Shown here piece after piece: positions 40,290-53,584 of a DNA stretch of 64,000 nt; the first letter of the stretch is position 1, and every line of letters begins with the position of its first letter. The notes below the pieces were generated by a model, which searched no databases, was not told the origin of the DNA, and was given only the letters and a program-made list of their open reading frames with translations. The position numbers were made by a program, and so were the translations under genes. Source of the stretch: Octopus vulgaris (lineage: Eukaryota); the NCBI GenBank assembly GCA_951406725.2, contig OX597815.1, forward strand, positions 213,900,001 through 213,964,000, given 5' to 3'.

Positions 40290-41250
40290 TGGACTGGTCA
40301 AATATCTTGAAACATCTAATGACTGGATGCTAAAACTCGTTAAAAACCACGAGAGACGTAAGAAGCTTCATTTTGTCATGAAGGAGATCAAAAAGTTTAT
40401 TATTGAATTCATGCATTTTATCCAGATTGAACAGCATGATGGAAGTGTGGCAAATGTTGTTGCAAAGGAGGTGAAGTCAGTGGCAAAGCAAAAAGCGTTT
40501 GAACATAGGTGAGAAGAAAACCTCTGCATGGCATATATGTAACCCGTGGCAAACAAGCTAATGTAGACCAGAAACACATCCATCAGTGGCTACGGAGCTC
40601 AGGGTTAAAAGCAGAGAGCGAAGGCTTTATCTTGGCTGCTCAAGGTCAGCGCTTATTGACCCGGAACTATCAAGCCAACGTGATGAAAAATAGAGTAGAC
40701 CCAAAGCGCCGATACTGTAACGATAAGATTGAAACCGTGGATCACCTCACCTAATCTCTGGGTGTAAGATTTCAGCACCCGTGGAGTATAAATCTAGACA
40801 TGACAGAGTTGGTCAGTATCTATCTACACTCGGCATTATAAAATCAAAACTGCTGACAAATGGTACAAGCACCATTCTGAGGCTGTAACTAAGGGAGAAA
40901 ATGTAACGACTCTTTGGGACTTTCCAGGGTATACAGACTAGACCATCAAAGTTAACAAACCAGATATTGTTATGAAAGACTGAAAACAATAAATTCTGTT
41001 TAATGATGAACAATATCTCTGCAAAAAGATTTGATAAGCTCACTGAATATAAAGATTTACTAATGGAAATAGAAAAGTTGTGGTATCTCAAGACGGTTAC
41101 AATACCAGTGATTGTAGGAGCATTTGGAATGATCAAAAGGGAAGTGAAACTTATTTGAGGATGATCCCTGGTTTACCGTCCATACAGGAAGTGTAAAAAG
41201 TTGTCTTTACTGGTACCTCACCCGTACTGAGAAGAGCTTTGTCGCTATGA
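40290..41250 (+). mobile_element. R4/Dong-clade non-LTR retrotransposon relic (zinc knuckle and restriction-like endonuclease)
   Basis: KPLHG...HQWLRSSGLKAESEGFILAAQ...TRNYQ...ETVDHL, EYKSRHDRV, KWYKH, ENVTTLWDF, NKPDIV, YKDLLMEIEKLW, PVIVGAFG, VLRRALSL*. Stops and frameshifts present. Confidence 0.9.
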
Positions 41251-41387
41251 ATTTTCTTCTTTTTTCTATCACATGACTTCGTAAATAAACTATCTTGGAT
41301 GAAGACTTCGAAGACTTTGAATGAAACATGGAACAGCTCTTATAAAACAAAGCAACAACAACGACGAAGCCATAATAAAATATAATA

Positions 41388-41613
41388 AGGCAGCGAGCTG
41401 GCAGAATCGAAATATGCGGTCATTAATATTTCAGAACCTAAAGAAGGTGGCGAGCTGACAGAATCGTTAACACGCCGGACAAAATGTTCAGCGGCACTTC
41501 GTTCGTCTTTACGTTCTGAGTTCAAATTCCGCCAAGGTCGACTTTGCCTTTCATCCTTTCGGGGTCAATATAATTTCTCCCCAAATTTCAGGCAGTGTGC
41601 CTTTAGTAGAAAG
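41388..41613 (+). mobile_element. SINE-A copy with duplicated head, ending in (ATT)n
   Basis: ggcagcgagctggcagaatcg at 41389, again at 41446, then core and tail. Confidence 0.8.
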
Positions 41614-41656
41614 GATTATTATTATTATTAATAAGGAAAAACCCTGAGTCAAATCG

Positions 41657-41687
<31 letters not shown>

Positions 41688-42180
41688 GGCTGGGACATTG
41701 TATAGAATGTCTGTTGTCAGCCATGATGGAGTAGACATATATAATCAAAGGTATTCCAGCTGTGATAATTACATATTTTATAAGGCTATATGTAGAACTA
41801 AGTTATATAATGAAGTATTTATTTATTTGAAATAATAAAGCGTGATTTAAGGTAGATTTCGCTACTGTTTCTAATGAATGGTGCGACCTCGTAGAAACTT
41901 TCTCGACAGCAAGACACTGATTTTTTTCTTCTCTTCTTCTTTAGTGTTTTAATCACTGACAGTTGTGCATTTTTCAAAGCTGCGGGTCAGCTCTGGTTGA
42001 GCAAATCTACCACAAAAGTTGTCTAGATACGATCATTCATTCTTTTCTGATACAGTCTACCTCAGTGCATTTTGTTCAAAATAATTTTATGGTTTTAAAA
42101 CTAGAGATGTGATTTGAAAGGTACTTTTAGCTGGTTGAACGACCATATAGAACAATGGTTCTTAACTTGGTTTGTAGCGC

Positions 42181-42222
42181 CCCCTTGCTGAGCATTGTGA
42201 GCTCACAATGCTCAGCAAGGGG
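42181..42222. repeat. Perfect 42-bp spacerless palindrome
   Basis: ccccttgctgagcattgtgag|ctcacaatgctcagcaagggg. Confidence 0.95.
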
Positions 42223-42527
42223 CGATAAACGTCAAACGACGACGATATGAGCTCTGGTGAATCTTAAGATTTTTAATAGAAATGAAATATCTAAACAAGC
42301 TACGAGACTTATAATTCAAACACATTTTCAACGACATCGCCATCAGGATTTAAATTTGAATTGAGAATTATGATCCCAGTAAACCGAAACATAACTGATG
42401 ACGTACCATTGCACAATATAATTTCATTATATAAGTACTCATCTTTAATAATTTTCATAAAATTTTAACATAGGAAGCACTAGTCTTCGCAAATATTTTA
42501 AAAATTGGCTCATGATCGAACTTGGTT

Positions 42528-42870
42528 ACTCTTTTACTCTTTTACTTGTTTTAGTCATGTGACTGTAGCTATGCTGGAGCACCGCCTTTAGTCGAGCAAA
42601 TCGACCCCAGGACTTATTCTTTGTAAGCCTAGTACTTATTCTATCGGTCTCTTTTGCTGAACCGCTAGGTTACGGGGCCGTAAACACACCAGCATCGGTT
42701 GTGAAGCGATGTTGGGGGACAAACACAGACACACAAACATATACACATACATACATATATATATATATATACATATAAACGACGAGCTTCCTTCAGTTTC
42801 TGTCTTTCAAATCCACTCACAAGGCTTTGGTCGGCCCGAGGCTATAGTAGAAGACACTTGCCCAAGGTGC
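42528..42870 (-). mobile_element. SINE-B copy, 5' truncated
   Basis: Reverse complement of the 29581 element. Confidence 0.9.
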
Positions 42871-42879
42871 ATTTGTATA

Positions 42880-43400
42880 AGAGAATATGTCAGGCTTATG
42901 TTCCCACTAGTTTTTCGCATATCTGATTCCAAACTGACAACAAATTGTCCAGTGCATATGATTCAGTGCAAACGTCGTTTAGTATACTCAGTTGAGGTTT
43001 ACTTAAGAGCAGACATACATGCAGCAGTCAATTGTTTCTCTGGTTGTACGACGAAGCAACTGAAAATATCATTATCATTTTAAGGATCCCGGTTTGCTAA
43101 TTTCTAGGGAGCAGACATCGATTCTCAGCTGCCATAACGAAACTTAATGTTTGTCTGATTGAAGTCCAGATGCTAATAACCACTGATGGGCCATGTATGA
43201 ACCAACATCGGAATCACTGGCGCTTGCAGAGTATTTACTGTGCAATACCTTACGCTCTGGAAGTCCATCTGATTTCTTTTCTACCTTCATTTGTTCTGCT
43301 TTCACTGTTGTTTCTTCTGTTTTATCGAGATGCGCTTTAGTCTCGGTGATCTTTAATTCCTTTATATTTTCTTTGCTTCTTTTGATATTGAGTGTAGTTT
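42880..43400 (-). mobile_element. Second, older R4/Dong-like relic
   Basis: Minus KVLHSKY...DVGSYMAHQWLLASGLQS, RETID, HMHWTICCQFGI...WEHKP parallels 40509-40900. Confidence 0.75.
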
Positions 43401-44295
43401 CTGGGGACTTTCATGTAAAATTTGCTCTTGCTTGACTAAAGCAGGAGCGAATTATATTGCTTGACTAAAGCAATATATTATGTCTGTTGTATGTTGTTTT
43501 CCCCTCTTTTTGTAGGACATGGGAAGGGGAGTTTGTAGAAAGCTATTCTTGTTAAAGGAAGTACTGAGCTACAAAATGCTGAGAACCACAGATATAAAGG
43601 CTTCGCCATTTGCTTTCAGTATATCAGAAGAAGTGATGAGTTTATCAGACGTTGAAACACAGTATCATCAAAAGTAACTCATAACACTGAGACGTATTCA
43701 CTTGAGGTACCCCTAACACCATCTTTCTTTACCTGACAATAAAGTAGCCATTATAAGTAGAGGTATTCTACTTATGTTACATTAAAATTGTACATTATCA
43801 ATAAAAGCTGTTGTTGTTGTTGCTTAGCATGTTGTCAACTTTGATCGAGGAGACTAACGATCAAAAGCATTCCAACTGCTGCGATGACGTCATTATCACG
43901 CATTGTGTGTCTAGAAGTACACTGCAACCTCGTTTTCCAACAAGGTGCAGTGTAATTGAAGAGCGACTCAGCTAGTATTTTCAACAGGTCTAGCGATCAG
44001 GTTCAAGCTCTTTTGCTAACTCCTTATAGAAGAATTTATATCTATTGATATTTAGGGTTTGTCGTTACAAGGACCACTTAATTTGGCTTTAGCAAGAAAT
44101 CAAGTACAATATAAAACAATAGGTTTCATTCACAAATATGTAACCAAAACATATTTCGGAATGACACTTCAAATTTTATTTCAGCACTTGAAATGTTTCA
44201 GAAACAAAAAAGAAAATCTCCAAATGTATGTTGAGCCTTCGGCTCCGCATCAGCAATGTTCCCTTTCAAGGTGCAGGTATAGCAAGGTTACTTAC

Positions 44296-44374
44296 TTTGA
44301 TAGAAGACTAGCTGTTGTTCTTCATGCAAGTCTTTTCTCTCCATATCAGAGATACTCGTTCCGTCTTCTGAAAA
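44296..44374 (-). CDS. Candidate coding exon (72 or 79 nt), product unknown
   Basis: Acceptor ttttCAG (exon from 44367) or catTAG (from 44374), donor AAA|GTAAGT, open frame (FS)EDGTSISDMERKDLHEEQQLVFYQ. Confidence 0.3.
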
Positions 44375-44560
44375 CTAATGTGGTCAGCACTATTAAAGAA
44401 CGACGTCATTTTAAATGCAAGTCTCTTCTCTCTACATCAACAATGCTATCTCAAGAACAGCCAAGAACTGCTACAGCTTGCCAACAACACCGTTGCAAGG
44501 ACCAGCATCAGAACACAAAGAGCCGGAGCATGCGTACAATCCTATGCACACACGCACGCA

Positions 44561-44611
<51 letters not shown>

Positions 44612-44796
44612 GTACGCACATATGTACACACATAAACACATGCATACATACATATAACAAATGAGGGAAATATAAAATGGAATTCAAGAAATCCTTTATT
44701 AATCTTTATTAAATGATTAATAAAGGATCCCGTGAATTCCTTAGCTTCAATTACACACATTCATACATAATACATACAAACATACATATATACATA

Positions 44797-44836
<40 letters not shown>

Positions 44837-44884
44837 CCGCATTCACGCGCATGCATACATATGTATGTATATACATATGCACCC

Positions 44885-45331
44885 CAAGGTCATACTGCCT
44901 GGGAGTTCTTCGTCGCCTTCGTGAAGCTGTGCGGCTAAAACGATCCGACCTGTGGGCAGTAAGGAACTGACAATTCCACCATGACAACGCACCCGCTCAT
45001 TCCACCCACTTCGTCTAAGCATTCCTCGTCAAATAAAACACTTCACTTGTCAGTCACGTTTCCTATTCTCCAGACTCCAAAGCAAAAAAAAAAAAAAAAA
45101 TGCTCAAAGGAAAAAAATTTGAGTCAGCAGAAGACATTAAGCAAATTTCGACAGTAGAGCTCTGAAGCATCCCCAAAAGTGATTTCCAGAAATACTTCCA
45201 GCAGTGACAGGAACGCAGGGAGAAGCGTGTGGACTCCGAAGGCGAATACTTTGTTGTAAACTAAATCAAAATGGTAACTTTCTAATATTACCTGTTTGGC
45301 CAAATGTCGGATACTTTTTGACTACAACTCG
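44885..45331 (+). mobile_element. Mariner transposase 3' half with right TIR
   Basis: YCLGVLRRLREAVRLKRSDLW, HHDNAPAH, YSPD, LKGKKFES, EGEYF, ending ...tacaactcg|TA. Confidence 0.9.
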
Positions 45332-45372
45332 TATATGTATATTTATACACACTCGCGCGCGCACATATAAAG

Positions 45373-45678
45373 TGCATGGCTCAGTGATCAGGGTATTCGG
45401 CTTGCGATCGTAAGGTTGATAGTTCAATTTCCGGCGGCGCGTTCACGTTGCTCTAGTCCTCAGCGTCAGTAATTCTTGTATTTTAAGGGGTCAGCCTTGT
45501 CACATTCTGTGTCACGCTGAATCTCACTGAGAACTACGTTAAGAGTACGCGTGACTGTGGAGTGCTCAGCCACTTACACGTTAATTCCACGAGCAAGCTG
45601 TTCTGTTGATCGGATGAACTGGAATACTTGTTGTCGTAGCTGAAAGAATACCTGTTGTCGTAGCTGAAAGAATACCAG

Positions 45679-45680
<2 letters not shown>
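45373..45680 (+). mobile_element. tRNA-derived SINE (SINE-D) with a 24-bp tandem duplication at its end
   Basis: Head tggctcagtga, body cagccttgtcacattctgtgtcacgctgaatctc...ccacttacacgttaattccacgagcaagctg. Related copies at 27970-28130 (+) and 52835-53156 (-). Confidence 0.8.
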
Positions 45681-45721
<41 letters not shown>

Positions 45722-45817
45722 TGGGTGGTGGGGAGAATTCACGAAAAAAATAAAAGACGAAGACAGATGGTGTAGAAAACAAACAGATGTATTTGTATAA
45801 CGCTCGGGAATTGAAAA

Positions 45818-45855
45818 AGTCTTTAACGTTTCGAGCCTACGCTCTTCCACAGAAA
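45818..45855 (-). ncRNA. Minimal hammerhead-like motif (Penelope type, variant core)
   Basis: Minus CUGUGGAA-GAGC-guag-GCUC-GAAACGUUA, with stem II intact and palindromic AACGUU. Confidence 0.5.
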
Positions 45856-46003
45856 AGAACACAGAAAGAAACAAGAACAGAAACAAAGAGAGAAAAAACT
45901 GTTTGTAGTGGCTACCGATTATCATGGCGAATGTCGGACAGAAGGGTCACACCGGAGAGCTAAGAAGTAGGGGAAATAACAAAGTAATACATACATTTTT
46001 ATA

Positions 46004-46073
<70 letters not shown>

Positions 46074-47043
46074 AATATATGAATATATATATGTGTATAT
46101 ATATGCATACATACATACATATATATATATACATATATATATATATAGACGTTATGAAGGGCATCCAGCCATAGAAACCAAACCAAAACAGACTGGACCC
46201 AGTTGCAGCGTGCATGCGTGTGTGTGTGTGTGCATGCGTGCATGCGTGTGTGTGTGTGTGCATGCGTGCATGCGTGTGTGTGTATGTGTGAGTGCGTGTG
46301 TGTGTGTGCTTGTGTGTGAGTTTGTGTGTGTACTCTTGTCGCTTTGACAAATGAGGATTCAAGCAAGGAACGACCATCACTCTATGGCCGTCTGTGTGCA
46401 AGGTTAAAGCTGAAAACTTCCGCCGTCACTCTCTACTCGTCCCTGTTATCTCTTTCGCCATCGCCGCCGGACTTATGAAGACAATGTTATGGTAGGTGCT
46501 GGTATCTTGGCTTGCTGAACATTCTGCACGATGGTTGAACATTACAATGGGCATGGTTTGTTCAAACTTTTCCTAATGTCTCATCCTACAAACTTATATT
46601 GGCCTAGTGCAACAAATTCCTCGAGTGTAGTTGTCATCAGGAGTGGGGATTTGTATGGAGTTACTTTCTTTTAGATGAGTAGCTGAAGAGTTGAAAGGCC
46701 TCATCTGTCCTGGGTCCTTTGGTGGGTATCTGTGAGTGATCTTCTTCCGTGGTAATTCTCTGTTAGGCTAATAGAATCATAGCTGGGACTCTGACAAGCG
46801 CAACTATCCTGCGTCAAAGTAGACTGGGAACAACAGAGGCTAAAAGGTAGTTCCTCAAAACCCGGGAATTCTCAAGCCAGGACCCACAACCAGATGCAGT
46901 AAAGTCTCCCCCCCTCTCTCTCTCTCTCTTTCTCTCTCCATCTATCTATGTATCACGCTCACACACACACTCTTTCTATCCGTATACACACGCACATATA
47001 CATGAATATACATACACACACGCACACACACACATATATATAC

Positions 47044-47100
<57 letters not shown>

Positions 47101-48302
47101 CATATATATATATGTATATATACATATATATATATATAAATATATATACGTATAAAGATGCGTAGCACATCCATACATGCACACACGCACACACGCACAC
47201 ACGCACACACTCACACACGCACGCACACACACACACACACCTATGAAGGACCACAGTGGATTTTAAGATACTAGCGGCACTGTAACCAGGATAAATTACG
47301 AGATGATCACAGTTTTCCACCTTTGATCAAAGGACCTAAATAATAACAACCTCTGTCCTGAACGTTTATTAAGTCGTGTTCCATCAGAGACTAATCTTTA
47401 CATTTAGGACTCAACTCTTAAGACTTTGAAGCCTTTGTCTAGCTCTACGCTATGAAGAAATTATACACCAATGAAATGGCAGCCAATATATCTGTTTCAT
47501 CGATAAGAGTTTTTTGCGGTTGCATGGATAAGGAGGGACGTCTGATTATCTTACTATCGTATGACCACATGCGACTTGACTTAGATCAATGAACTTAGAT
47601 AAGAATGATGAGGTATGACTACATCTCGTTCAGTTACCCGTTTGGTGGACAATAGATACTTCTGTTGACATTGCCATGTCTATTTACAAGACGACAGAAT
47701 GACGGCAGTGAATACAAATACAATTAAAATAATTTTATACATCCGTACATAACTGTCACAGCCGACTGACTATAGCCTCAGGTGACGAGTTTTCGTTTAA
47801 TATCAAGCGTATAAGTAAAGAGTTATCTAGTAGCTTCTATATCACTTTACCGTACGCGTATCCAAAAACATAAAGCTTTACGGCAAATTTTGTCAGTTAA
47901 TGGTCTGCATATACGTATAGATTTTGTAACGATATATGCAGTTACGTACACATACAAGCACTCACATACAAGAACATTTACCCATGCGCGTTTTCACTCA
48001 CAGTCACTCTTCTTATTATATTAACAGTCTTAGAGAAAGAAACACCAGTAGAGACACTATTACGTAAATTTCAAATTAAGACTAGCCTGTTGATATTGAA
48101 TCACATCGACAAATTCGTGGAAAATATATGTGCGTATTTATAGTACACAAGCACGTGGGCACTGAAAGGGCGAAGTAGTTTAGAGGCTGCCTTCGCATTC
48201 ACAAGATTTGTGCCAGAGGCTACTACATACGATGTTGAGCGATTCTCTTTTTTGATAGGCTCGGGTCGACCTTGTGAAGGAAATTATTCTATCTATCTAT
48301 CG

Positions 48303-48356
<54 letters not shown>

Positions 48357-49200
48357 CCCCCTCTCTCACATTTCTTGGTCTTCCTTTCATTCTCATTACT
48401 TTCCCTCCTCTTTTACCTCCCTTGTACCTTACTCTATGTCCCTTTCCTTTCTTCTCTCTTTCTCATCCCTCCCTAATTCTTCAATCCCTCTGCCCCTACC
48501 TCTCTCCTCTCATCTTCCACGCGACCGGTGTTACTCCAAGCCTGACCTATCTTTCTTGGTTCGACTGCCATCCGTGTAGCATCTCTTATATTCCTTCCCA
48601 CGACTTTCATCCTTCATGTTCCTGGCGTAAGGATTCACTCCATACACGCCAGATTAATTTAATTCGTCCTTAGTCGAAAGACAAATGTTGTTAATGTATT
48701 GTTTGTATTTGTAATTGTGTACCATTTCTCCGTTATTTACGTCCTTCTTTCCGTATACATTCGCTTGCTTTCTTCCAAAGTGCTCTTAGCTCAGATTCTC
48801 TTGGGGCCGGCCAGATTGGAGCAGTCTTGAGTGTAACCGGCCGAAACTGCAGGGACGACCCATCCTTATTTTTTCCCGTCCTTCTTAGTATCGTCTAATG
48901 TCCGGATGTTTTGTTGTCATCTGTTATGTTCTTGTTCCATTTCTTTTTTTTTTATATATCAATCTACATACATGCGTATCACGTGTATCACCCGACTGTG
49001 CTAAGTTCCTATCACTAGTAACCTACGTCTGTAAATGATAACACTCCAAGTCGCCTAATATACAATGTATGTGTATTTGCCTTCTTTTTTTAATTTTAGA
49101 GAGAACTTTGATCGACCACCTGCTTGGTAGCAAGGTTATGAAGGAAAGTGTCATCTTTTAACCATCATCCTTTAAATCTTACAGAGGTCTTGCAGATTTT

Positions 49201-49234
<34 letters not shown>

Positions 49235-49251
49235 TGTATGTATGTATGTAT

Positions 49252-49329
<78 letters not shown>

Positions 49330-49654
49330 TAAGATTTTATAGTTTGCTTGAAACATTGTATATGGAATATAATGTTGAAAGATTTAAAAAGCCAAACAAT
49401 GCAAATAGATTTTAAGATTAAGTAACTTAAAGTAAAAGTAAGTTACCTGGTAATCTTTGGTCTTATATGTACACAATATTTTGGGACATACAAGTCCCTT
49501 CTGCAGGGTTAAAAAGGAACTGTCCTTGGTAGGTTTTTTGGGTCGGAGATAAAATAATTCTATGATTATATTAGAATTTTCAAGCGTCTCTCTTCTTCGT
49601 GAATGTTAGTGACGTCAATTATTAATCCAGTCATGGCGGTCAGACAATTTCTGC

Positions 49655-50029
49655 GACCACATCACCCTAACATCTGACCGCACAACTCCCCAGACTGCAA
49701 CCCCTTAGATTATTATGTGTGGGGCGCTGTTCAACGAGAGACCAACTAAACTCCTTGTAACACCAAAGATGAACTGAAGGCAAGGGTTATAGCAGTATTC
49801 ACCAACTTAAACAAAGAGAATGTCCAGAAGAGCTGCAGGAGATTCTGAAGTCGTCTGGAGACTGTGGCTATTTTACTGGCCATTTTATGGAGATTTTATT
49901 GAATAAATTTACTCTTCATTATTTCAAGATAATTTTATGTAATTTTGGTAAATATATCTTTTAAAATGAGATGTCAGTGTTATTTTTATTTTTGCGTAAT
50001 TTAGACGACAGTTTATTCACCGCATCCTG
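49655..50029 (+). mobile_element. DD37D (maT)/Tc1-like transposase C-terminus with right TIR
   Basis: NSPDCNPLDYYVWGAVQRETN*TPCNTKDELKAR...SCRRF*SRLETV, ending caccgcatcctg|TA. Confidence 0.85.
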
Positions 50030-51313
50030 TATATAGATATATGTGTATGTATGTATGTATGTATGTATGTATGTATGTATGTATGTATGTATGTATGTAT
50101 GTATGTATGTATGTATGTATGTATGTATGTATGTATGTATGTATGAGTGGGGGCGCGCGTTTTATGCGTGCATTTATGTATATACGTGTAAGTGTATCAG
50201 TATTAGTACAAGGTCTTCGTGGGAGAGATCGTAAATCAAGTTTTAAAAGAACCGGGAAAGGTGTGGGCGAGCAATTTAATCGAGCGTTGCATTCACTATA
50301 AACTGGTAAGTAGCTCGATGGTTAGGAGCGGCGGAAATATATTCCTTCAAGAGTGCATTTAAGGAATTCAATTTGCTACTAGGGCATATACTTTGATATG
50401 ACTATAAAAGTACTCCTTTTTTATATCCGATAAACGGGAAAAAATATTTAAAATATTTAGATTGTTCCCAATTTTAATGCAGTAAAAATTAATGTCATAT
50501 TTAAATCAATTTCCTTCAAAGCAGTTTGTAGAACAATTAAATGAAAATAAAATAAAATTCCAGAATTTCGAAGTTGTCCTTTCGCAAGTAACTTGATACG
50601 CCATTGCAACAAAACTTAAGGCGTGATTGTAGTAGATGTTTGTCTGTATTTCGTATTTAAGGGACCAATCCCTTTCGTAGGTCATATTTGTTTTGTGGAA
50701 GGATTTCACAATCAATAGAAAGTCAGAGTAAAAAGTTATAGACGGATGTTTTACATTTCTGTTTTTAGATTTTGTCGAATGTTTTTTTTGTTGCCGTCTA
50801 ACCTTGCTATATCGATGAGTAACAATACTGAACAAAAATTGATTCACTAAACTATTCATTTAAACATTATTTATAAATTATATTACGAAGATAAAAAGTA
50901 TGTTTGCTTGACGTTTCACTCCGTGTCAATTCAGATAGTGTGTTTTTATTTTTTAATTTTTGAAAACTACTCTCGATTACAAACAAAAATCGCTATGGTT
51001 TTCTAACCATAACGTTTTGAAAGACTTTACAATGACATGTATCTTATCAAGTTTGGTTAATAAGATAGATGTTCAGCATTGTCATATAAATATTCTCACA
51101 CTCAAATAGTCTCGTGTGAGGACATTATAAAAATGTCTTTGTATATAAATCAGAGCTTTACACAGAATCATCTTTTATTTTGGGGAGAATCTGTCTTTAA
51201 CAATTCTATGACATTTCTTGACATTATAAGTAGAGTTGTCAGAAACTATTGAAAATATATTGTTCTCTTTAGTAATAGTATCTGTACTAAATTGTTTCAT
51301 TCAATCCTCGATT

Positions 51314-51723
51314 CATTTACCACCCACAAGGGGCTAAACACAGAGGGGACAAACAAGGACAGACAAACGGATTAAGTCGATTACATCGACCCCAGTGCGT
51401 AACTGATACTTAATTTATCGACCCCGAAAGGATGAAAGGCAAAGTTGACCTCGGCGGAATTTGAACTCACAACGTAACGGCAGACGAAATACCTATTTCT
51501 TTATTACCCACAAGGGGCTAAACACAGATAGGACAAACAAGCACAGACATAGGTATTAAGTCGATTACATCGACCCCAGTGCGTAACTGGTACTTAGTTT
51601 ATCGACCCCGAAAGGATGAAAGGCAAAGTCGACCTCGGCGGAATTTGAACTCAGAACGTAACGCAGACGAAATACGGCCACGCATTTCGCCCGGCGTGCT
51701 AACGTCTCTGCCAGCTCGCCGTC
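51314..51723 (-). mobile_element. SINE-A dimer inside one 15-bp TSD
   Basis: TSD attcaatcctc(g/c)att at 51299-51313 and 51726-51740, junction gaaatacc|tatttc at 51493|51494. Confidence 0.9.
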
Positions 51724-52596
51724 TTATTCAATCCTCCATTAAACGTATTGACAATTTAAACTCATACAATAATACACATTACATTATTTTCCTTCAAACA
51801 TACTTGATCAGGCAGCTTGTTATTCTTTGATACATAAAGAAAAACATGTAACCATTTAAAAAAAAATGCGGCCACATCTTTGTCACAACAGTCAGTCTAT
51901 TTTTCGTACAACGATCAAGTATTTTGTTATTTGTATTATATTTATATAATTGGTTCACTTGTTTTCGTCATTTTGTCTACACTAGAAAGTATATTTTTTC
52001 CATCTCATACTGCTAGCATGATTACTTATTTAATTTATTAAAATTATCAGCCAATTGTTCTTTTAAACAGAAGATATAAAAACTACAGAAGTACGGTATG
52101 TACAGATTCAAGTCTGAAAAATAAATAAATACTTTCTATTTAGCTCTCAGGATTTATGGTTAGAAGTTGTTTTGTTTCTTTTTTCTCTAACTGTAGCGAG
52201 AAAAATAAAAGTGTAGCCTATATATCATTTAACCGACAACTCTCGCGTACTTTTACCATTTACAGTGCATAATTAACATTATCGTTAATCGATTAGAAAA
52301 TCTCCCATGTTCACACGAAACAGATAACCAGACAGGAAGAAGAAGAAGTGGATAATTTGGCGAAATGCCAAAACTGAAGATTTCTATTTTCTCTTTTGTC
52401 TTCATTCAAATTGTTTATTGCAACGACAATTGAACAAAGTAAGAAAAATGTATTTTCTGCAAAGTTTAATCAATAAATAAACTAATGGAAGAATAATATC
52501 TCTTTTGTATACGTTGTACGGATATTTATAAGTTATGGTCAAAGAACGGATAATGTTAGTTCAACTGAAATTGCGTACACACACACGCAAGCGCAT

Positions 52597-52649
<53 letters not shown>

Positions 52650-52834
52650 TGCATACATACATGCATGCATACATACATACATGCATGCATACATACATAC
52701 ATACATGCATGCATGCATACATACATACATACACACACACACATACATACATACATACATACACACACACACATACATACATACATACATACATACATAC
52801 ATACATACATACATACATACATACATACATACAA

Positions 52835-53156
52835 AGGAGCACTCCGTCGGTTACGACGACGAGGGTCCCAGCTGATACGATCAACGGAACAGCTTGCTTG
52901 TGAATTTAACGTACAAGTGGCTGAGTACTTCACAGATACGTGTACCCCTAACGTAGTTCTCGGGGAGATTCAGTGTGACACAGAGTGTGACAAGGTTGAC
53001 CCTTTGAAATACAGGTACTACTCATTTTTGGCAGCTGAGTGGACTGGAGCAAGGTGAAATAAAGTCTTTCTCAAGGACACAACGCGTTGCCGGAAATCGA
53101 ACTCACAACCTTACGATCATGAGCCGAATGCCCTAACCACTAAGCCACACGCCCTC
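52835..53156 (-). mobile_element. SINE-D, near full length
   Basis: Minus head gagggcgtgtggcttagtggttagggc...gtgagttcgatttcc, body as at 45373. Confidence 0.85.
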
Positions 53157-53188
53157 AACATACATACATACATACATGTATACATACA

Positions 53189-53584
53189 TGGTGGCTATCA
53201 GCTCGTAGGCGAATATGATCATCACTGACAGAATATCTTATCTTAGATGTTAAAGACAATAGTTGTCAGCAAAGCTCCTGCTGTAATTTAAAGTCAATAA
53301 CATCTTGCACAACATCGCCATGACTCCCACCTACAAATCGTCTAGAAACAGGCAAGAACAAGATCTCTAGCTGAGTAATGAGGTGGCTGTTATTTCTGAA
53401 TTTCCTTCTCCTCCCAGCCGTTGAATGAACATTGACTTTCCTACGTTCATGTGTTCTTTGACAGGTTCTGATTTTCGTTCTGCTGCATGTTCAACGAAAA
53501 CCACCGTTCATACCATTAAGACTTAGTAGGGTTGCCGGTTTGGTCGCTGAGCGTGTGACGGGTTTTACTGGGTTACCGGTAACA
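53189..53584. mobile_element. Candidate solo LTR
   Basis: 396-bp unique block bounded by TG...CA, flanked on both sides by cataca inside a (CATA)n array. Confidence 0.35.

Larger units (their letters stand above)
42153..43591. mobile_element. Probable hAT (Charlie-type) non-autonomous element carrying nested insertions
   Basis: Ends CAATGGTTCTTAAC and GCTGAGAACCACAG resemble CAGTGGTTCTCAAC TIRs. Flanking 8-mers atatagaa and atataaag fit an eroded NTNTANAN TSD. Confidence 0.5.
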
